A stretch of 64,000 nt of DNA, taken from NCBI GenBank assembly GCA_035221665.1, contig CM069136.1:22010001-22074000 (forward strand). Reading direction: 5' to 3'. A model generated the notes under the pieces. It had not been told where the DNA came from. It did no database searches and saw only the letters and a list, made by a program, of their open reading frames with translations. The position numbers and the translations under genes are program-made. Origin of the DNA: Okamejei kenojei. Its lineage: Eukaryota. Positions 1 to 11,451 of the stretch are shown piece after piece; positions within the stretch are counted from its first letter, which is position 1; each line of letters begins with the position of its first letter.

Positions 1-482
1 CTCCAGTGCTTTGTGACTTCTTTTGTAAATTAACTTCTGCAGTTTCTTGTTTCTAAAATAAGCACAGACATTGTTGGGGATTGCAAGTTCCCCAATGGAA
101 CAAGGGGCCATTGATTGCATTCAGTATATTTTGGGGAATCCAGATGAAAATCCTCAGAAGGCTAGGATCTACAACGAGTTTCACTCACTATGTAAAGAGC
201 TGGAGTATCGCCGATCACGATACAGATCACAATGTCCAGTGTTGATCTCGGTGTTGATTCTCTAAAGGGTTGCTGATTTTGAGCCATGCTGATGGAACAA
301 TGAGAACAAGCTAGATGCATTGCACTTTTGGCTCCTCACACCAATCTGAAACCTAGGCACTAGAATGCTCCTATAATGAAACAATGCACCTGCAGTAATG
401 ATGTACTAAAGCAAAGATTTCATTGAATTGATCACTATGGAGGTGTCTTGTAGTATGCTTGAAAAACATGTATTAAATATAT

Positions 483-781
483 TGAAGATAGACGCAAAAT
501 GCTGTAGTAACTCAGTGGAGTAACTCAGTCCGAGGAGAGGGAGACAAGGAAGGGTAAGGTGTGAAAACGAGACATCAATGGGGATGCAGGTCAAGCATAA
601 AGAGATAAAATATACTCAGGAGGACAGTCAGACTGGTCAGAGAACTAAGGCGGGGGAGGGATGCGGTGAGAGGGAAAACAAGGGTTACTAGAAGTTAGAG
701 AAGTCAATATTCATACTGCTGGGGTGTAAGCTGCCCAAGCAAAATATGAGATGCTGTTCCTCCAATTTGCGCTGGGCCTCA
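483..781 (-). mobile_element. Penelope-like element (PLE) 3' fragment: end of GIY-YIG endonuclease plus pLTR
   Basis: Minus strand of 691-781 translates EAQRKLEEQHLIFCLGSLHPSSMNIDFSNF, the same C-terminus seen in PLE fragments at 25.3, 37.4 and 44.7 kb. Confidence 0.8.
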
Positions 782-1509
782 GTGTTTCCTGATCCATCCT
801 TTTCACTTGGGAGAAATACAGCTCAACCAGTTGCAGCACTGTGCTGCCCCGTTTTGGTGGTGAGAATAAAACATCACTAGAAAGACTCCACATCTGGAAA
901 GTTGCAGTCCTAATGTGGGGTTTTGACCTGAAACACCTACCATTCTTTTCCCTTGACAGATGCAGCTCATTCTGCTGAGTTCCTCCAGCAGATTGTTTGC
1001 TGCTACAGATTCTGTTATCTCCTGTGTTGCTATCTAAGTTGCATTTGTCTGTGCATATGCAGTATGCAAATAAAAATAGGTTGTGTGGGATGAGGAAAAG
1101 CTAGGATGTATTTCTTAGCACACCAGCACCAGCCTCCAATCACTTGGTATCGAGTGCTCCACTAAAAGGATGCATGCTATCAACTAGGAGGTGGAATGCT
1201 GGAGTCCAACAAGCCCATCTGATATTGTGTAGGAAATAACTGCAGATGCAGGTTTAAATTGAAGGAAGACACAAAATGCTTTCTTCTCTCCAGAGATGCT
1301 GCCTGCCCCGTCGAGTTGCTCCAGCATTTTGCGTTTACCATCTGATAATGATTTTGAACTTTTTAGCAATTACTGCATGACTTGCAAGGTGATTCAATAG
1401 TTGGCAATGTGTGGTAATTGTAGCAGCTGGTGATGAGGCTTGGAGCAGTGGGACTACTGTGAGGGCTTGTTGAGGTTTTTGAATGTTATACCCATGCTCT
1501 GATTCATGA

Positions 1510-2297
1510 AAGTCACTGAAAGTAAGCATGCAGGTACAGAAGGCAGTGAAGAAAACTAATGGCATGTTGGCCTTCATTACGAGAGGATTTGAGTTCAGGA
1601 GCAAGGAGGTCCTACTGCGGGTGGACAAAAATGCTGGTGAAACTCAGCGGGTGAGGCAGCATCTCTGAAGCGAAGGAAATAGGCAATGTTTCAGGTCGAA
1701 ACCCTTCTTCAGACAGTGGAATGCCTACTGTACAGCTGCAGTGAGACCACACTTGGGGTATTGTGTGCAGTTTGGGTCTCCTAATTTAAAGAAGGACATT
1801 CTTGCTATTAAGGGAGTGCAGTGTACGTTCACCAGATTAATTCCCTGGATGGCAGGACTGACATGATGAAAGATTGGGTCGACTGGGTTTGTGTTCACTG
1901 GAATTTAGAAGGATGAGACAGGATCTTACAGAAACATATAAAATTCTTAAAGGATTGGACAGGCTGGATGCAGGAACAAATGTTCCCGATGTTGGGGGAG
2001 TCCAGAACCAAAGGTCACAGTTTAAGAATAAGTGGTAAGCCATTTAGGACTGAGATGAGGAAAAACGTTTTCACCCAGAAAGTTGTGAATCTGTGGAATT
2101 CTCTGCCACTGAAGGCATTGGAGTCCAATTCTTTGGATGTTTTTAAAAGCATCTTAGGGCTAAAGGAATCAAGGGATATGGGGAAAAGGCAGAACGGGGT
2201 ACTGATTTTGGATGATCAGCCATGATCACATTGAATGGCAGTGCTGGCTTGAAGGGCCGAATGGCCTACTCCTGCACCTATTTTTCTATGTTTCTAT
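1510..2297 (+). mobile_element. CR1-clade LINE (HER1-like), 5'-truncated 3' portion, interrupted at 1618-1723
   Basis: RT C-terminal motifs (MFPMLGESRTKGHSLRI, FTQKVVNLWNSLP) and TTTCTATG tail. Confidence 0.9.
1618..1723 (-). mobile_element. Penelope pLTR-derived mini-element with hammerhead-like core, inserted in CR1
   Basis: CCTACTG duplicated at 1611-1617 and 1724-1730; minus strand reads CTGAAGA-AGGGTTTCGACCT-GAAAC. Confidence 0.75.
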
Positions 2298-2303
2298 GAA
2301 GAT

Positions 2304-2671
2304 GGGGCAGATTGGGCTCATCGGCCTGGGAAGGCAGTCCATCTAGGAGAGGGAAAACTCTGATTTAAAACCTCCAGTGCCTTGTGGCCTTATCCAGTCA
2401 TGGAAAAGGCTCAGGGAGTAAAACTCAAGAAAATCCAGAGTCGGAGCCCCTTAGGAAGTTCGTCATTGTCTACAACCTCGTTCTGGCAGCTCCTGGGACG
2501 GCACTAATGCCAAACTGTAATGGCCCTTCTGTTCCTTTGGATCGATCAGCGACGTGGAGAGGGGGGGCGTGCTTCATGGGCAACAGCCTGTCTTATATAT
2601 GACATCGCCCAGGCTTGCATCCAACCAGGATGCATCACCCATGGTCAGTCATGACTGAGGGGTGCCTACTA
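2304..2671 (+). mobile_element. Short non-autonomous retroposon, probably RTE-clade-derived (5' UTR joined to 3' end)
   Basis: ATGAAGAT duplicated at 2296-2303 and 2672-2679; 5' motif GGCAGTCCATCTAGGAGAGGGAAAACTCTGA and 3' end CCATGGTCAGTCATGACTGAGGGGTGCCTAC resemble RTE-clade termini (recalled). Confidence 0.6.
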
Positions 2672-2699
2672 ATGAAGATTGACATTACTAATATCATGT

Positions 2700-2830
2700 T
2701 TAGGAAGGAACTGCAGAAGCTGGTTTAAACCGAACATACACACAAAATGCTAGAGTAACTCAACGGGACAGGCAGCATCACTGGAGAGAAGGAATGGGTG
2801 ATGTTTCAGGTTGAGACCATTCTTCAAACT
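2700..2830 (-). mobile_element. Penelope pLTR-derived short repeat (degenerate)
   Basis: AGGAAGGAACTGCAGA...GAGTAACTCAACGGGACAGGCAGCATC...TTTCAGGTTGAGACCATTCTTCA matches other copies in the window. Confidence 0.7.
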
Positions 2831-3775
2831 AAGTACCCTGCTGTGGCTGTGGTCAGGCTGATGGTAACCTCTTTCCATTCAATTGTGTCACCTGCAGATG
2901 GCCACAGTGATGGCAATGAGAGGTTCTGACCCTGGAGGGGTCCCACAATTGGAGGTTGTGGATTGAAGGCTACATGTACAGGCATTGCAGAACCATTGGC
3001 AGAATCAGGTGCAGACATGCTGAGGAATGATCACATATTTATGCTCTATAATGCCAGAGGAACAATCTGCCGAGACCCTTCTTCATACTTGGTTAATATG
3101 TTAGTGGGATTTCAGCATGAATTGTGGGCATGTCCTGTACTGGTCTGGCAGCCTTGTACAATGTACAATGCAAGAGCTAGTTTTCCAGGGCTATCTTATT
3201 GAGTCCCCATGGTGTTTTCCCTTATTAAGTTATCACTCCCTAGACCACCCTTAAGAGAAGTTTCCATCATTGTAACTCTGTGCTTTTGTTGTTAGGTTAA
3301 AGGACTGCAGTTGTCTGTGTCAGATTTGCTGCTCTATTGAAATATAGCCATTTGTGTTTACTCACTACAAGTCTACTAAAGTTGTTTGATGGCGAGAGCC
3401 CATAACTGCTCTCTATGGTCTCCTCAGAAACATCGGACACATTGTTTGACTCGGGATTCTGAAATCTCTTTCATTCATCATGAGGTTTCCTCACACTAAT
3501 TTTAAAAGATTGAACAGCAAATTCTGGAGACCATGTTACCGCTGAACTCTTTGATGAAAAATCAAATATTTATGGTAAATTTGTACAAATTATTCCTTTG
3601 CTGTTTTGTTTTCTGTGTTTCTTTTAATGTTTTACAATTCTAACAGCCCGTCCATCTAACAGAGCAAGTCTTAATTTATTCCTGATGATCTTATGTATCC
3701 TTTCCCCAGGGAACAGTCTGCACTGTTGACATATTTACCCATGTGTTTTATCCCACTTACGGTTTTTTTTTAAAA

Positions 3776-4342
3776 GTTTTTGTTTTAGATATACAGCACG
3801 GAAACTGGCCCTTCGGCCCACCGGGTCCACACTGTCCGGCGATCCTCACACACTAACACTATCCTACATGCACTCGGGACAATTTACATTTATGCCAAGC
3901 CAATTAACCTATGTCTTTGGCGTGTGGGAGGAAACTGAAGCTCTTGGAGAAAACCCACGTGGTCATGGGGAGAACCTGCAAACTCCGTGCAGACAGTACC
4001 CTTAGTCAAGATCGAACCCAGGTCTCTGCCGCTGCAAGCTCTGTAAAGGGCCTGTCCCACTTGCCGATTTTTTTCAGCGACTGCCGGCATCATTGACTGA
4101 CATATCAGGTCACCGAAAATGTCGCGGCGTGATGCGGCATGACGCGGCGAGGTGGCGTATTGACGCGTGGTGTTTCCTCAAGTGTCGCAGCATTTTTTTT
4201 GTCGCCACTGGATTTTGAAATGTTCAAAATCTTTCGGTGACCCTGATACGTCAATCAGTGACGCCGGCTGTCGCCAAAAAAAATCACCAAGTGGGACAGA
4301 CCCTTTAGGCAGCAACTCTACTGCTGTGCCACCATGCCGCCC
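3776..4342 (-). mobile_element. tRNA-derived V-SINE (HE1-like) carrying a MITE insertion
   Basis: Minus-strand head GGGCGGCATGGTGGCACAGCAGTAG (A box), GGTTCGATC B box, V-domain-like body and CR1-like tail; homologous to 59447-59751. Confidence 0.85.
4047..4304. mobile_element. PIF/Harbinger-type MITE
   Basis: TIRs AGGGCCTGTCCCACTTG / CAAGTGGGACAGACCCT flanked by TAA (4044-4046) and TTA (4305-4307). Confidence 0.85.
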
Positions 4343-4777
4343 TTTCGCATCCCAAGTTCCTATTATTTGTATTTTGTTCGGATGTAGAGAAGTTTTTGGT
4401 AGCCCGGGACAATTAAGCCTAAACTCCCTGTGCTCTTCACGATCAAGCAACATCAAATATCTAAAGGATTCTGGCTTCCTGGTAGTTCTCCACATCCGGT
4501 TCCTGATAATAAAAGTATCTTGCAGACCACACTACATGTATGAGAAGCAACAGATGTGAACATTCATTTCTCTTGACTTTCTGCAGATTTTTGTTGCGAT
4601 AGATAAAAATTTTATATGCTGATAATATGATGACTGATAATTCTTCATTAATGTATTTTGCAATAGTATTTGTCTGCTGAAAACAAATCGGTGTTAATCT
4701 TGTGCTATCATAATAGCAGGAAACCTCATGTGTGAGACTTGAAATGCAATAAAGACTATTAAAGTTGATGGTTTGGG

Positions 4778-5672
4778 GATGTTAGGAGGTTGCAGGGTGA
4801 CCTGGACAGGTTGAGTGAGTGGGCAGATGCGTGGCAGATGCAGTATAATATAGATAAATGTGAGGTTATTCACTTTGGCAGCAAAAACAAGGGGGCAGAT
4901 TATTATCTCAATGGGGTTAGGTTAGGTAAGTGGGAGGTACAGCGAGACCTGGGTGTCCTTGTACACAAGTCACCGAATGTTGGCGTGCAGGTACAGCGGG
5001 CTGTGAAGAAAGCTAATGGAATGTTGGCCTTCATAACAAGAGGATTTCAGTATAGGAGTAAAGAGGTTCTTCTGCAGTTGTATAGGGCTCTGGTAAGACC
5101 ACATCTGGAGTATTGCGTACAGTTTTGGTCTCCTAATTTGAGGAAGGACATCCTTGTGATTGAAGCAGTGCAGCGTAGGTTCTCGAGATTGATCCCTGGG
5201 ATGGCGGGATTGTCATATGAGGAAAGATTGAAAAGTAGTTTAGAAGGATGAGGGGGGATCTTATAGAAACATATACAATTATAAAAGGACTGGACAAGTT
5301 AGATGCAGGAAAAATGTTTCCTATGTTGGGTGAGTCTGGAACCAGGGGCCACAGTCTTAGTATAAAGGGGAGGCCATTTAAGACTGAGGTGAGAAAAAAA
5401 CTTTATCACCCTGAGAGTTGTGAATTTGTGGAATTCCCTGCCACAGAGGGCAGTGGAGGCCAAATCACTGAATGGATTTAAGAGAGAGTTAGATAGAGCT
5501 CTAGGGGCTTGTGGAATCAACGGATATGGGGAGAAGGCAGGCATGGGTTATTGATTGGGGACGATCAGCCAGTTATTGAGGATGATCAGATGAATGGCGG
5601 TGCTGGCTTGCAGGGCCGAATGGCCTCCTCCTGAACCTATTTTCTATGTTTCTATGTTTCGATGTTTCTATG
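4778..5672 (+). mobile_element. CR1 LINE 3' portion (RT C-terminus, frameshifted)
   Basis: ORFs 4790-5251 (QGDLDRLSEWADAWQMQYNIDKC; LYRALVRPHLEYCVQFWSP) and 5248-5481; TTTCTATG tail. Confidence 0.95.
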
Positions 5673-5683
5673 ATCAATAGATC

Positions 5684-5997
5684 TTAGTTTAGTTCACTAT
5701 GGATACGGTATGAAATCATGTCCTTCAATCCACTGAGACCATGCAGACCATTGATCAGCCGTTATTACTAGTTTTACGTTATCTCACTTTCTCATTCACA
5801 TCCCACACATTCTTGGCAATTTTACCAAGGTCAATTAACCTGCAAACTTGCATGTCTTTGGGATGTGGAAGGAAACTAGCCGGAAGGAACCCAGTCATGG
5901 TGAAAAACGTGCATACTCCTCGCAGACAGCACCCGAGGTCAGGATCGAACCCGGGTCTCTGGCACTGTGAGGCAGCAACTCTACCAATAGTGCAACA
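5684..5997 (-). mobile_element. V-SINE (HE1-like)
   Basis: Minus-strand GGGTTCGATCCTGACC B box and homology to the other SINE copies. Confidence 0.8.
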
Positions 5998-6249
5998 GTT
6001 CTTTGAAATGTTTGGTATGAAGTAACAATAAAAATAATATTTGTCATTCTTTGTGAACACAAGGTCAGAAAGATTAATAATGTTCTTAGAGGCATATGAA
6101 GAGGAATTGTAAATTCATTCAATAAACATACTGCTTTATGGTAAAGAAATACAGAATGAAACTGATAAAGTTAGCAGTTTGGCAACCCAAGTGTAAACAT
6201 CAAATGGGTGGCCACCATTGGATACAATAGTTACTGTAATTAGGGAGGG

Positions 6250-6332
6250 TCTCGACTCAAAACGTTGCTTATTTCTTCTCTCCATAGATGCTGCCTCACC
6301 CGTTGAGTTCCTCCAGCATTTTTGTCTACCTT
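6250..6332 (+). mobile_element. Penelope pLTR-derived mini-element, 5'-truncated within the hammerhead
   Basis: 15-bp direct repeat TGTAATTAGGGAGGG at 6235-6249 and 6333-6347. Confidence 0.8.
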
Positions 6333-6459
6333 TGTAATTAGGGAGGGAGCTCGTTTCCTAATGACAAGAGTGGGCCGAGGGTGATTCTGATAGGTTTCTG
6401 ATCTTCCAATAAAAGAATAAACATTGAAAAGTCGGAGCTGTGACAGTAACATGGGAATT

Positions 6460-6940
6460 TGAAATAAAGCAGAAAATATTGAATCACCAGCACAGCAGGC
6501 TGCACATGCAGAGAGAGAAACAAATCATTTCAGAGTGATAACCTTCCATAAGAATTGTGAAAGGCTGGGGAGTGAAAAAATATATTTAGATGAAAGTGTG
6601 GGAGAGGCAGAGAGTGCATATAGAAGGAACGAGAAAGGAATAGGTGTGCCTGCGGAAGGTAAAACAAATAACATCTGAAATTAACCAAAGAAGAATGAAA
6701 ATAAACTGAACGCTGGGAATATTTCACATATCTGCCATTTATTCCACTGCTGAATTCATTGTTAAATCAAGAGAGCTGTAAATGTCCAATAAGGTGCTGT
6801 AACCCAAGCTTGTGTTTAACTTCATTGGAATATCATATGACATTAAGAGATTAGAGTGTGAGAGAGATGGAAAATTAAATCGATGGGCAGCTGAACCTTT
6901 GAGGTTTCCCTAACAAGCCAAAGGTAGGTGTTCAGGGGAC
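6460..6940 (-). mobile_element. Old, degenerate Penelope-like fragment
   Basis: Weak resemblance to pLTR and GIY-YIG C-terminal sequence of younger copies. Confidence 0.4.
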
Positions 6941-7302
6941 TGTCCTGTCAAAATGCTACCAGTAATATTCTGACATCATGTGCCCTGTTCATAGGGATGG
7001 GATTTTAATTAACAGTGTTTGGACATGTATACATGTACTACCACTGAGCCACAGCTAACATTGCTAAATCCATTAAAAAAAGCAGCATCAAGTTTAAAAT
7101 GAAAGTGCCTGTCACTCACACAAAATATTCTGCACAGGTTTCAAATCATTTCAAATAAAATATTAAATTCAAACTTAAAATTGAATATACACATATCTAT
7201 ATTGATCTAAATTAAATCAATACTAAGTGAACTGAATTTGCCTTTACAACAATTCTCTGATATTTCATGCTGTTTGACTAATTTTATAATACCACCATCC
7301 AA

Positions 7303-7725
7303 TACTCACTAGAATTTAGAAGATTGAGGGGGGATCTTATAGAAACGTACAAAATTCTTAAGGGGTTGGACAGATTAGATGCAGGAAGATTGTTCCCAAT
7401 GTTGGGGAAGTCCAGAACAAGGGGTCACAGTTTAAGGAAAAAGGGGAAGTCGAGGACCGAGATGAGAAAAATTTTTTTCACACAGATAGTGGTGAATCTG
7501 TGGAATTCTCTGCCACAGAAGGTAGTTGAGGCCAGTTCATTGGCTATACTTAAGAGGAGTTAGATGTGGCCCTTGTGGCTAAAGGGATCAGGGGGTATGG
7601 AGAGAAGGCAGGTACAGGATACTGAGGTGGATGATCAGCCATGATCATATTGAATGGCGGCGCAGGCTCGAAGGGTCGAATGGCCTAATCCTGCGCCTAT
7701 TTTTCTACGTTTCTATGTTTCTATA
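7303..7725 (+). mobile_element. CR1 LINE 3' end
   Basis: ORF 7324-7563 (RGDLIETYKILKGLDRLDAGRLFP) and TTTCTATG tail. Confidence 0.93.
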
Positions 7726-7795
7726 TGTATCTGAATTAATTGTGATCATTACAGGGGTTCCTGTTATCTCTATAATTATAAAACTCTGGTCTTGG

Positions 7796-7796
<1 letters not shown>

Positions 7797-7872
<76 letters not shown>
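7797..7872. repeat. (TG)n microsatellite
   Basis: About 38 perfect TG units. Confidence 0.99.
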
Positions 7873-7873
<1 letters not shown>

Positions 7874-8076
7874 TCACATCTTCTCGAACAAACGACGCGC
7901 TAACGGTAAAAATTCTACATATTCCGGTAGAGATTTATCCCGTGGGCTCCGAAATCGTTTTATCTGAAAAATGCATGCTTTATTTCTCGAGTTATTAATC
8001 AAAATGTTCAATGATCTGACAAACTTTGAAAACAAAACCGACTGTTTTCGCTCATGACGTCACAATGGCTCTGCGT

Positions 8077-8355
8077 TGTGTTCCATGCGCAGCGAGTGAT
8101 GTCACCCCCTGACCCCACTCCCCCATTTTTTTGCTGTGTTCCATGCGCTGCGAGTGATGTCACCCCCTGACCCCACTCCCCCCCATTTTTTTGCTGTGTT
8201 CCATGCACTGCGAGTGATGTCACCCCCTGACCCCACTCCCCCCCATTTTTTTGCTGTGTTCCATGCGCTGCGAGTGATGTCACCCCCTGACCCCCACTCC
8301 CCCCCATTTTTTTGCTGTGTTCCATGCACTGCGAGTGATGTCACCCCCTGACCCC
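8077..8355. repeat. ~60-bp tandem repeat, about 4.6 copies
   Basis: Unit TGTGTTCCATGCRCTGCGAGTGATGTCACCCCCTGACCCCACTCCCCCCATTTTTTTGC starts at 8077, 8135, 8195, 8255, 8316. Confidence 0.97.
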
Positions 8356-8739
8356 TTTCTCTCCCCCCTCCCCCTCCTTTCACCCCCCCCCCCCCCCCCC
8401 CCTCAAGCACTGTTTGAATTGCTGGGTGTCAGGGTGGTGAGGCTGGTTTGGTATCTTTTCTTGGCATCTCTGATGGGTTTTGGAAGTTTGTAGCAAGATT
8501 TCCTGAACAGGTTGGGATCAGTCAACTTCAATGCCTCTGACGTGGACTTCAGTAGGAAGTGGTCCTCATGATGCACATAGTATATTCATCATGGATTCAA
8601 GAGGCGATGATGATGATTCTTTATTGTCACTTGTACCTAGCTGTGAAATTTTTTGTGTTTGCATACAATGTGCACAAAATAGTCGCCACAGTGCTGACAA
8701 AGTTACATAAAGTACTCATCCCTTTTTCGTTTCTCCTCT

Positions 8740-10507
8740 CCCACTGCTCACCGGGAATGTCCCACTGCTCACCGGGAATGTCGCTGACACTGGGAATGTC
8801 CCTGCTCACCGGGAATGTAACTGTTCACCAGGAATGTATCTGCTCACTGGGAATGTCCCTGCTCACCGGGAATGTCTCTGCTCACCGGGAATGCCCCACT
8901 GCTCACCGGGAATGTCCCACTGCTCACCGGGAATGTCGCTGACACTGGGAATGTCCCTGCTCACCGGGAATGTAACTGTTCACCAGGAATGTATCTGCTC
9001 ACCGGGAATGCCCCACTGCTCACCGGGAATGGATCTGCTCACCAGGAATGTCACTGCTCACCGGAAATGTCACTGCTCACCGGGAATGACACACTGCTCA
9101 CTGGGAATGTCCCACTGCTCACCAGGAATGTCCCTTCTCACCTGGAATGTTCCTGCTCACCCGGATTGTCGCTGCTCACTGGGAATATCCCACTGTTCAC
9201 TGGGAATGTTCCACTGCTAACCGGTAATGTCGCTCCTCACTGGGAATGCCCCTGCTCACCAGGAATGTCCCACTGCTCACCGGGAATGTCACTGTTCACC
9301 GGGAATGTCCCACTGCTCACCGGGAAGGTCCCACTGCTCACTGGGAATGCCACACTACTCACCGGGAATGTCACACTGCTCACCGGGAATGTCCCACTGC
9401 TCACCGGGAATGTTGCTACTCACTGGGAATGTCACACTGCCCACCGGGAATGTCCCACTGCTCACCGGGAATGTCACTGCTCACCAGGAATGTTACTGCT
9501 CACTGGGAATGTCCTGGCTCACCGGGAATGTCCCACTGCTAACCGGGAGTGTTCCACTGCTCACTGGTAATATCCCACTGCTCATGGGAATGTCACACTG
9601 CTCAATGTTCCACTGCTCACTGGGAATGTTACTGCTCACTGGGAATGTTACTGCTCACTGGGAATGTCACTGCTCACTGGGAATGTCCCTGCTCACCGGG
9701 AATGTCCCACTGCTCACCGGGAATGTTCCTCTGCTCACCGGAAATGTCACTGCTCACCAGGAATGTTACTGCTCACTGGGAATGTCCTGGCTCACCGGGA
9801 ATATCCCACTGCTAACCGGGAGTGTCCCCCTGCTCACTGGTAATATCCCACTGCTCACTGGGAATGTCACACTGCTCAATGTTCCACTGCTCACTGGGAA
9901 TGTTACTGCTCACTGGGAATGTTACTGCTCACTGGGAATGTCGCTGCTCACTGGGAATGTCCCTGCTCACCGGGAATGTCCCTGCTCACCGGGAATGTCC
10001 CTGCTCACCGGGAATGTTCCTCTGCTCACCGGAAATGTCACTGCTCACTGGGAATGTCACTGCTCACCGCGAAGGTCCCACTGCTCACCGGGAATGTCCC
10101 ACTGCTCATCGGGAATGTCGTTGCTCTCTGGGAATGTCTCTGCTCACTGGGAATGTCCCTGCTCACCGGGAATGTCCCACTGCTCACCGGGAATGTTCCT
10201 CTGCTCACCGGAAATGTCACTGCTCACTGGGAATGTCACTGCTCACCGCGAAGGTTCCACTGCTCACCGGGAATTTCCCACTGCTCATCGGGAATGTCGC
10301 TGCTCACTGGGAATGTCTCTGCTCACCGGGAATGTCACACTGCTCACCGGAAATGTCATTGCTCACTAGGATTGCCTCTGCTCACCCGGAATGTTCCTGC
10401 TCACCCAGAATGTCGCTGCTCACTGGGAATGTCCCTGCTCACCGGGAATGTCCCACTGCTCACCGGGAATGTCCCACTGCTCACCGGGAATGTCCCACTG
10501 CTCACCG
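8740..10507. repeat. Minisatellite with 18/21-bp units (CCA)CTGCTCACYGGGAATGTC, roughly 90 units
   Basis: Directly visible tandem array; explains the long low-complexity ORFs in all three + frames. Confidence 0.98.
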
Positions 10508-10789
10508 ATAAATCTGCTGGAAAATAATAGTTAAGTTTTGATTACATTTTGCAAAAAACTGATGACAAATACATTCCAAAAAAAAAATATATATATATAA
10601 AAACATGTCATTCTGATTACATGGTATTCATTTAACCCGGTGCATACATCCATGGTAAATTAACTTTGGTTGCAAAGAGATACGGGTGCTGGGATAATAT
10701 TGAAGCACAATTAACCTCCACTCTTATAATTCAACAAAATGTGCATCAAAGTTTTGGTGGACAGCTTATTAAATGATTTTAATGCCCTG

Positions 10790-10962
10790 CCAATCAAAAG
10801 ATGCTGGAGTAACTTAACGGGTTAGGGAGTATCTCTGGAGAACATGGACAGGCAACGTTTTGGTTTAGGCCGAAAGAAGGGTTCCAACCGGAATTGTCAC
10901 CTACCCATGTTCTCCTGAGATGCTCATTAACCTGCTGAGATACTCCGACACTTTGTGTTTTG
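10790..10962. mobile_element. Head-to-head pair of Penelope pLTR-derived repeats (degenerate)
   Basis: GCTGGAGTAACTTAACGGGTT...GGAGAACATGG mirrored by CCATGTTCTCC...AACCTGCTGAGATACTCC. Confidence 0.65.
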
Positions 10963-10999
10963 TTGCTGGTGTCTTCCACTGTGAATACTGATGGAAAAT

Positions 11000-11440
11000 C
11001 TTATTCGGTTTGACCAACATTACTTTGTTCACCATTACTACTTCTCCAGCATCATTTACCAGTGAAAACTTTTGGCATCCTCTTTATTTTATTGGCTAGC
11101 TTACCTTCACATTTCATTTTTTTCTCCTTTGATCACTTTTTTAATTGCCTTCTGTTGGTTTTAAAAAGCTTTCCAATCCACTATATTCCCGCTAGTCATT
11201 TGTCTTATTATTAACGTTCTCATTTAGTGTTATGCTATCTTTGACTTCCTCTGTCAGCCAGGCCTCCCTCATTCTCCCATTAGTAAATTTCATCCTCTCT
11301 GGGATGAAAAGATCCTGCATCTTCTGAATTGCTCCTAGCAATTCCTGCCATTGCTGCTCCCTCCGTCATTCCTGCTATTGTCGCCCTCCAATCGACTGTA
11401 GCCATCTCCTCCCTCTGCAGTTACCTTTACTCAACTTAAC
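11000..11440 (-). mobile_element. Old CR1 fragment (region upstream of RT)
   Basis: Similar to the 14350-14640 segment of the younger minus-strand CR1. Confidence 0.55.
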
Positions 11441-11451
11441 TTCAGTTAAGT

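Larger units (their letters stand above)
7767..8402 (+). mobile_element. Putative non-autonomous Helitron-like element (5' part) with internal (TG)n and 60-bp tandem array
   Basis: A|TCTCTATAATTATAAAACTC start followed by a microsatellite resembles non-autonomous Helitron 5' ends; no 3' hairpin/CTRR end seen. Confidence 0.45.

Noticed and set aside
71-265. 64-aa ORF as a host gene exon
   Set aside because: No recognisable homology or convincing splice sites.
2304-2375. Possible minus-strand hammerhead (CCGATGAG)
   Set aside because: Core is imperfect and no GAAA box follows.
3509-3580. Possible small coding exon ending at GGTAAAT
   Set aside because: No polypyrimidine tract, weak donor and no recognisable peptide.
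7631-8410. ORFs with CVCVCV and GVTSLAAHGTQQK repeats
   Set aside because: Translations of the (TG)n tract and the 60-bp tandem array.
8740-10507. CRISPR-like appearance of short regular repeats
   Set aside because: No unique spacers, no cas genes, vertebrate context.
8834-10527. Long ORFs of 128-380 aa (SLLTGNV / HCSPGM / AHREC repeats)
   Set aside because: By-product of a nearly stop-free 18/21-bp minisatellite, open in all three frames; no sign of a real protein.
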